Made by a program: the position numbers and the translations under genes. A model generated the notes under the pieces. The model worked only from the letters and a program-made list of their open reading frames with translations, was not told the DNA's origin and did no database searches. This document shows positions 16,718-20,781 of a DNA stretch of 20,781 nt, one piece after another; the stretch's first letter is position 1, and each line of letters begins with the position of its first letter. The stretch is taken from the NCBI GenBank assembly GCA_031414955.1, contig JANOQV010000046.1, positions 1 through 20,781 on the forward strand, in the 5' to 3' direction. Origin of the DNA: Pedosphaera sp. (GTDB lineage: Bacteria > Verrucomicrobiota > Verrucomicrobiia > Limisphaerales > SIBH01).

Positions 16718-16844
16718 GTGAGCAGCAAGGTTTGGGTCGGCGTTGCTTGGTCGCCAGAAGACCAATAGAGCAAAGTAACGGGCGGAATTCCAGCCGAATT
16801 GCGCGGTGGCTGGCTCCGTGGTTCTGCGTCCGCGAATCCTCTTT

Positions 16845-16873
16845 TGAACCTTTTCTCGCCTCGCGCATTCCAC
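16845..16873 (+). promoter_or_regulatory. Possible ECF-type (autoregulatory) promoter
   Basis: TGAACC followed by TTTT, a 16-nt spacer and ATTCCAC, ending ~10 bp before the ECF sigma ATG; the -35 GAAC core is typical of ECF promoters but the -10 is atypical. Confidence 0.35.
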
Positions 16874-16882
16874 TCCCCGTAA

Positions 16883-17434
16883 ATGCTGGCTGTGCCTGGC
16901 GACGACCAACTGCCCGTGGCCGCCGCGCGCGCGGGTGAACCCGCCGCGTGGGACACGCTGTTCCGCCGCTACCAACTGCCGCTCTACGCCTATGTGTTTG
17001 AACTGCTGCGCCAGGAACAGACCGCGCTCGATGTCGTCCAGGAGACTTTCATCAACGCCTCCCGCCACCTCGCCACGCTGCGCGAGGATGCGAAGTTCGG
17101 TTCCTGGCTCTTCGGCATCGCCCACCAAAAATGCGCCCAACATTGGCGCAAGCCCCAGCGCACCGAACCGCTCGACGACACCTTCCTCGAACACGCGGAT
17201 GATGAGCCGTGGCCGGGTGAAATGCTCATCCGCGCCGAGCAGCAGGAGGAATTCATGAGCACGCTCGACCAGTTGACGGAAGTTCACCGCTCGGTCCTGC
17301 TCCTGCATTTCCTGGAAGATTTTCCCCTGGATGAAATTGCCCGCATTACCGGCGTGGGTGTGGGCACGGTGAAGTCCCGTCTGCACTACGCCAAGAAATC
17401 ACTGCGTGAACTGATTGTCGAAAGGATCCCATGA
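16883..17434 (+). CDS. RNA polymerase sigma-70 factor, ECF subfamily
   Basis: Region 2 (AWDTLFRRYQLPLYAY...ALDVVQETFI...FGSWLFGIA) and region 4 (L...HRSVLLL......LDEIARITGVGVGTVKSRLHYAKKSLR); 183 aa. Confidence 0.95.
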   Translation: MLAVPGDDQLPVAAARAGEPAAWDTLFRRYQLPLYAYVFELLRQEQTALDVVQETFINASRHLATLREDAKFGSWLFGIAHQKCAQHWRKPQRTEPLDDTFLEHADDEPWPGEMLIRAEQQEEFMSTLDQLTEVHRSVLLLHFLEDFPLDEIARITGVGVGTVKSRLHYAKKSLRELIVERIP

Positions 17435-17844
17435 AGACGCCTCGCGAAATTCTCCTCGCCCGCCATTACTCGACCGAACCCAGGCTCGATGCGCTGCGCC
17501 ATCGTGTGGTCGCGGGGCTGGCCGTTGAACCTCTGCCAGCCGCCAGAAGCTGGCTCGTTGCGCTGGAAGACTTTCTGCGCCTCCCGCGCCCGGTCCTCGG
17601 AGGATTGGCTGCGGTGTGGCTCATCATCGTGGCGCTGAACCTTGCGTCTCGCGACACGGTTGCTCCGTCGAGTCGCGCACCGCAGCAAATGACCAGAACC
17701 TCGAAAGAAACTTTGCAAGCTCTCCACGAACAGAAGCGTCTCCGCGCCGAGCTGGTCGGCTCGCTCCGGGACGCCGACGCTGAACCGCCCCGTTTCATTC
17801 CGCGCCCGCGCGGCGAACTCAAACCCCAACTCATGAATGCCTGA
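17431..17844 (+). CDS. Small single-pass membrane protein, putative anti-sigma factor
   Basis: ATGA overlap with the sigma stop; one TM (VLGGLAAVWLIIVALNLA) after a ~55-aa N-terminal segment; no HxxxCxxC ZAS motif. Confidence 0.65.
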   Translation: MKTPREILLARHYSTEPRLDALRHRVVAGLAVEPLPAARSWLVALEDFLRLPRPVLGGLAAVWLIIVALNLASRDTVAPSSRAPQQMTRTSKETLQALHEQKRLRAELVGSLRDADAEPPRFIPRPRGELKPQLMNA

Positions 17845-19444
17845 TATGAACGACACACAAACTCCGCCGCCGCGCCGTTTCCGCATTCTCCGTCGGCTGG
17901 CCTGGACTGGCCTGGTGCTCATCACTCTGGCCGCGTTGTTTTACGCGGAGGAGAATTTCCGCGGCCAACGCGCCTGGGAGCGTTACCGCAAAGACGCCGA
18001 GGCCCGCGGCCTCAAGCTCGACTTTGCCGCGCACATTCCGAAGCCCATTCCCGATTCCGAGAATGGAGCGAACACACCCTTTATCCAATCGTGGTTCCCA
18101 AGACCGAAGCCGGATGACACGAACCGATGGCCGCTGCTGTTCGGCACGGCCTTCCAAAAGATCGCCGTCCGCAAAGATTCACTGAAAGGACCGGGGGGCC
18201 AGGACGCCCGGGCGTTCACGGACCTGGTGGGCTGGCAGCAGGCCTTCGCCTATGTCGAGTCGTCGGGAGAGAACAAGGCTCCCAAGCCGGATCGTCCGGC
18301 CCGCGCCATCGAGATCGATCCCAAAGAGCAGGCGGCTGCCGCCGCCGTGGTGCTGGAAAAGCTGAAGGTCTATCAGCCCACTCTCACCGAACTGCACGCC
18401 ATGAAGGTCCACCCCAAGGTGCGCTATCCCATCGCCTATAAACTGGACGAACCGTTCTCCATTCTCCTGCCGCACCTCGCCAAGATTAAGGGCCTCATCC
18501 AGGAGTCCAGCCTCCAGGCCAGCGCGGAGCTTGCGGCGGGACAAACCAACCAGGCCTTCGAGACCATCAAGCTCATGCTCTGGTTCTGCGACTCCCTCGA
18601 CCACGAGATGTTCCTCATCTCGCAACTTGTCCGCATCGCCAGTCAGCAGATCACCACCCAGCCGATTTGGGAAGGCCTCGCCCAGCACAAGTGGTCGGAG
18701 GCGCAGTTGAAGGAAATGCAGGAGCGGCTGCTGCGCGTGAACTTCATCGCCGGATTGGACAGTTCCCTGGCGGACGAGCGGGCCGGGGGTCTCACGGCCA
18801 TTGATTGGATTCGGAAGAAGAAGATGCGCGGCGACGCCATGTCGATGTTTGACGATGCGGAGCCAGGCGGGAATGGCAGAGACGCCAACGGTCTCGCCTT
18901 CAAAAACCTCGCCGGCTGGCTCATCCCGAACGGCTGGTTCTATTTCGAGATGACGAGCCACGGCCGGCTCATGGACATGATGACGCAAGGCACCTGGGAA
19001 CCCGCCACCGGGCTGATCCACCCACGGGTCGTGGATGAAACCAATCTCCAGTTGATGCAACAGTTCTCGCGCGGCCCGGTTGACATGATCTGGAACCACT
19101 ACCTCTTCGCCAAGTTGACCATGCCCGCCCTCGAAAACTCCTCGAAGAAGTTCGCCCGTGCCCAAGCCACCGCCCATCAAGCCGCGCTGGCCTGCGCCAT
19201 CGAGCGCTATCACATTGCCCAGGGCAAGTATCCCGACGCCCTCACCGACCTCGTGCCGAAATACCTCGCGAAGATTCCCCACGAAGTCGTCTCGACCAAC
19301 GCCATGCGTTACCAGCAGACCGCCCAGGGCTACGTGCTTTACTCCACGGCCTGGGACGGCAAGGACGACGGCGGCGAATTTCTCCGCGCGGCCAAAGGCA
19401 ACGAGCCAGAGAAGGGCGACTGGGTCTGGCGCAGCGCGCCCTAA
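17837..19444 (+). CDS. Membrane-anchored hypothetical protein with a C-terminal GspG/pseudopilin-like region, 535 aa
   Basis: Overlaps the previous stop; basic N-terminus + TM (RRLAWTGLVLITLAALFY); helical middle; C-terminal ALACAIERY....GKYPDAL.DLVPKYL..IP......MRY......YVLYS..WDGKDDGG...GDWVW; strong GC3 bias. Confidence 0.75.
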   Translation: MPDMNDTQTPPPRRFRILRRLAWTGLVLITLAALFYAEENFRGQRAWERYRKDAEARGLKLDFAAHIPKPIPDSENGANTPFIQSWFPRPKPDDTNRWPLLFGTAFQKIAVRKDSLKGPGGQDARAFTDLVGWQQAFAYVESSGENKAPKPDRPARAIEIDPKEQAAAAAVVLEKLKVYQPTLTELHAMKVHPKVRYPIAYKLDEPFSILLPHLAKIKGLIQESSLQASAELAAGQTNQAFETIKLMLWFCDSLDHEMFLISQLVRIASQQITTQPIWEGLAQHKWSEAQLKEMQERLLRVNFIAGLDSSLADERAGGLTAIDWIRKKKMRGDAMSMFDDAEPGGNGRDANGLAFKNLAGWLIPNGWFYFEMTSHGRLMDMMTQGTWEPATGLIHPRVVDETNLQLMQQFSRGPVDMIWNHYLFAKLTMPALENSSKKFARAQATAHQAALACAIERYHIAQGKYPDALTDLVPKYLAKIPHEVVSTNAMRYQQTAQGYVLYSTAWDGKDDGGEFLRAAKGNEPEKGDWVWRSAP

Positions 19445-19448
19445 TCTC

Positions 19449-19522
19449 GTAGCAGCCGAGGTAACGAGGCTCTGATCTTTTCTGGCCTCGCGCGAGTCAG
19501 AGCCTCTCACCTCGGCTGCTAC
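19449..19522. repeat. GTAG-type REP doublet (REPIN-like inverted repeat)
   Basis: GTAGCAGCCGAGGTAACGAGGCTCTGA (19449-19475) and inverted TCAGAGCCTCTCACCTCGGCTGCTAC (19497-19522), intergenic. Confidence 0.75.
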
Positions 19523-19564
19523 CAGACTTGTCCGCCGCCCGTGCCTGCCCTTCAATCCCCGCCG

Positions 19565-20596
19565 ATGAAAGCCTTCCAACTCATCGCCAGTGGCGCGCCG
19601 GGGAAGTTCGAGTTGCGCGACCTCCCCGACCCCGTGCCCCAGCCCGGCGAAGTCGTCGTCGAGGTCCGCGCCTGCGGCCTGAACCATCTCGACCTGTGGC
19701 TCGAAGAAGGCGGCCTGCCCATTCCCGTACCGTTACCGCGCACACCCGGCGGCGAAGTGTCCGGCGTCATTTCCCAACTCGGCGCGGACGTGAACGACTG
19801 GCGCGTCGGCGACCGCGTGGCCATCCAGTCCAATCTCTTTTGCGGCGAGTGCGAGTTCTGCCAGCGCGGCGAGGAGTCCATGTGCCTGCGCAGCAAACTG
19901 CTCGGCGTGGATTGCGATGGCGGTTTCGCCGAGCAAGTCGCCGCGCCCGCCTCCTCGCTCGTGCGCCTGCCCGACGCCGTTTCCTTCGAGCAATCCGCCG
20001 CCCTCACTCTTGCCGCCAGCACGGCCATGCACATGCTCACCGACCGCACCCAAGTTCGCGCGGGTGACTGGGTGCTGGCCATCGGGGGCGCGAGCGGCGT
20101 CGGCTCGGCGGCGATTCAAATTGCCCGCGGCCTTGGCGCCCGCGTCATTGCCACCGCCTCGAATCAGGAGAAGGCCGCTCTCGCGCAGGACCTCGGCGCG
20201 GAGTTCGCCATCGACTCCACCAGCGCCAAGTGGCCCGCCGAAGTGCGCCGCCTGACCAACAAGCGCGGCGTGGACCTCATCATCGAACACGTTGGCGGCG
20301 AAGTGCTGGTGAAATGTTTCGACTGCCTGGCGCGCGGCGGAACCATCGTGACCTGCGGGGCCACGGCCGGACGTGAAGTGACCTTGAACCTCTGGCCTCT
20401 CTTCGTAAAACAGCAGCGCCTCATCGGCAGCTACGGCCGCAACCGCGCCGACCTGCGCGCCACGCTGGACTGGGCGGCGACCGGCAAACTCAGGCCGGTG
20501 ATTCACACCGTGCTGCCACTGAGCCGCGCCCCCGAGGCCTTTGCCGCCCTGCGCGCACGGAAAGTCCTGGGGAAAATCGTGGTGACTCCAAGCTAA
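19565..20596 (+). CDS. Medium-chain dehydrogenase/reductase (Zn-binding ADH / quinone oxidoreductase-like), 343 aa
   Basis: V.V.ACGLNHLD, PGGE..G.I, structural-Zn CGECEFC.......C, GGFAE, GASGVGSAAIQIA, GVDLIIEHVG, GKIVV; ATG 19565 (MKAFQL) preferred over GTG 19541. Confidence 0.92.
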   Translation: MKAFQLIASGAPGKFELRDLPDPVPQPGEVVVEVRACGLNHLDLWLEEGGLPIPVPLPRTPGGEVSGVISQLGADVNDWRVGDRVAIQSNLFCGECEFCQRGEESMCLRSKLLGVDCDGGFAEQVAAPASSLVRLPDAVSFEQSAALTLAASTAMHMLTDRTQVRAGDWVLAIGGASGVGSAAIQIARGLGARVIATASNQEKAALAQDLGAEFAIDSTSAKWPAEVRRLTNKRGVDLIIEHVGGEVLVKCFDCLARGGTIVTCGATAGREVTLNLWPLFVKQQRLIGSYGRNRADLRATLDWAATGKLRPVIHTVLPLSRAPEAFAALRARKVLGKIVVTPS

Positions 20597-20647
20597 GCGC
20601 GCGTCTGGCCCGCTCTCTCCCGTTTAGAGCCGGTCTGAAAAGTCACT

Positions 20648-20667
20648 CGGGCAGCGCAAGCTGCCCG
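20648..20667. other. GC-rich hairpin with GNRA tetraloop downstream of the MDR gene
   Basis: CGGGCAGC-GCAA-GCTGCCCG, perfect 8-bp stem; no U tract. Confidence 0.5.
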
Positions 20668-20671
20668 CCCC

Positions 20672-20779
20672 GGAGTGCGCCTGTCCTCGGGCGCAGCAAC
20701 GTGCGAACCTCAGCGGGTATGGGTTTTTCCGACGCGCTCCCAGTCATCACCTTGCTGCGCCGGAGGACGGGCGCACTCC
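20672..20779. repeat. GGAG-type REP doublet (REPIN-like inverted repeat)
   Basis: GGAGTGCGCCTGTCCTCGGGCGCAGCAA (20672-20699) vs reverse complement of 20752-20779 GGAGTGCGCCCGTCCTCCGGCGCAGCAA (26/28), 52-bp spacer. Confidence 0.75.
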
Positions 20780-20781
20780 AC

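Noticed and set aside
14285..16768. 827-aa plus-strand ORF (and similar 8229-9161, 9642-10505, 18179-19687)
   Set aside because: R/H/G/D-rich antisense translations of well-supported genes, expected at high GC3.
16718..17386. N-terminal extension of the 1743-aa ORF
   Set aside because: It is antisense to the ECF sigma gene; a credible signal peptide only begins near 16717-16651.

Overview
GC-rich bacterial chromosomal window, most likely Verrucomicrobiota (Pedosphaera/Limisphaera-like; inferred from the style of the PEP-CTERM, pilin, surface-protein and REP sequences). Left to right: an IS with a DDE (rve-type) transposase and a repeated bipartite motif at both ends (1-1316); a secreted serine hydrolase; an orphan type IV pilin-like gene with a consensus sigma-54 promoter; ruvB; thrH; a convergent plsY-gpsA operon; a ~9.7 kb minus-strand surface-protein cluster (a ~1520-aa Ig/P-domain/MBG repeat protein, a 1343-aa beta-helix/Ig protein and a translationally coupled P-domain PEP-CTERM protein); a divergent operon of ECF sigma, single-TM putative anti-sigma and a membrane protein with a pseudopilin-like tail; and an MDR oxidoreductase flanked by two different REP-like doublets. 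The best candidate for an undescribed system is the surface-protein cluster: two otherwise unrelated giant secreted proteins end in the same ~70-aa 'FAG..G..Y...W...NG...FYR' domain, which looks like a sorting/export signal. All calls were made by eye, with no database searches.
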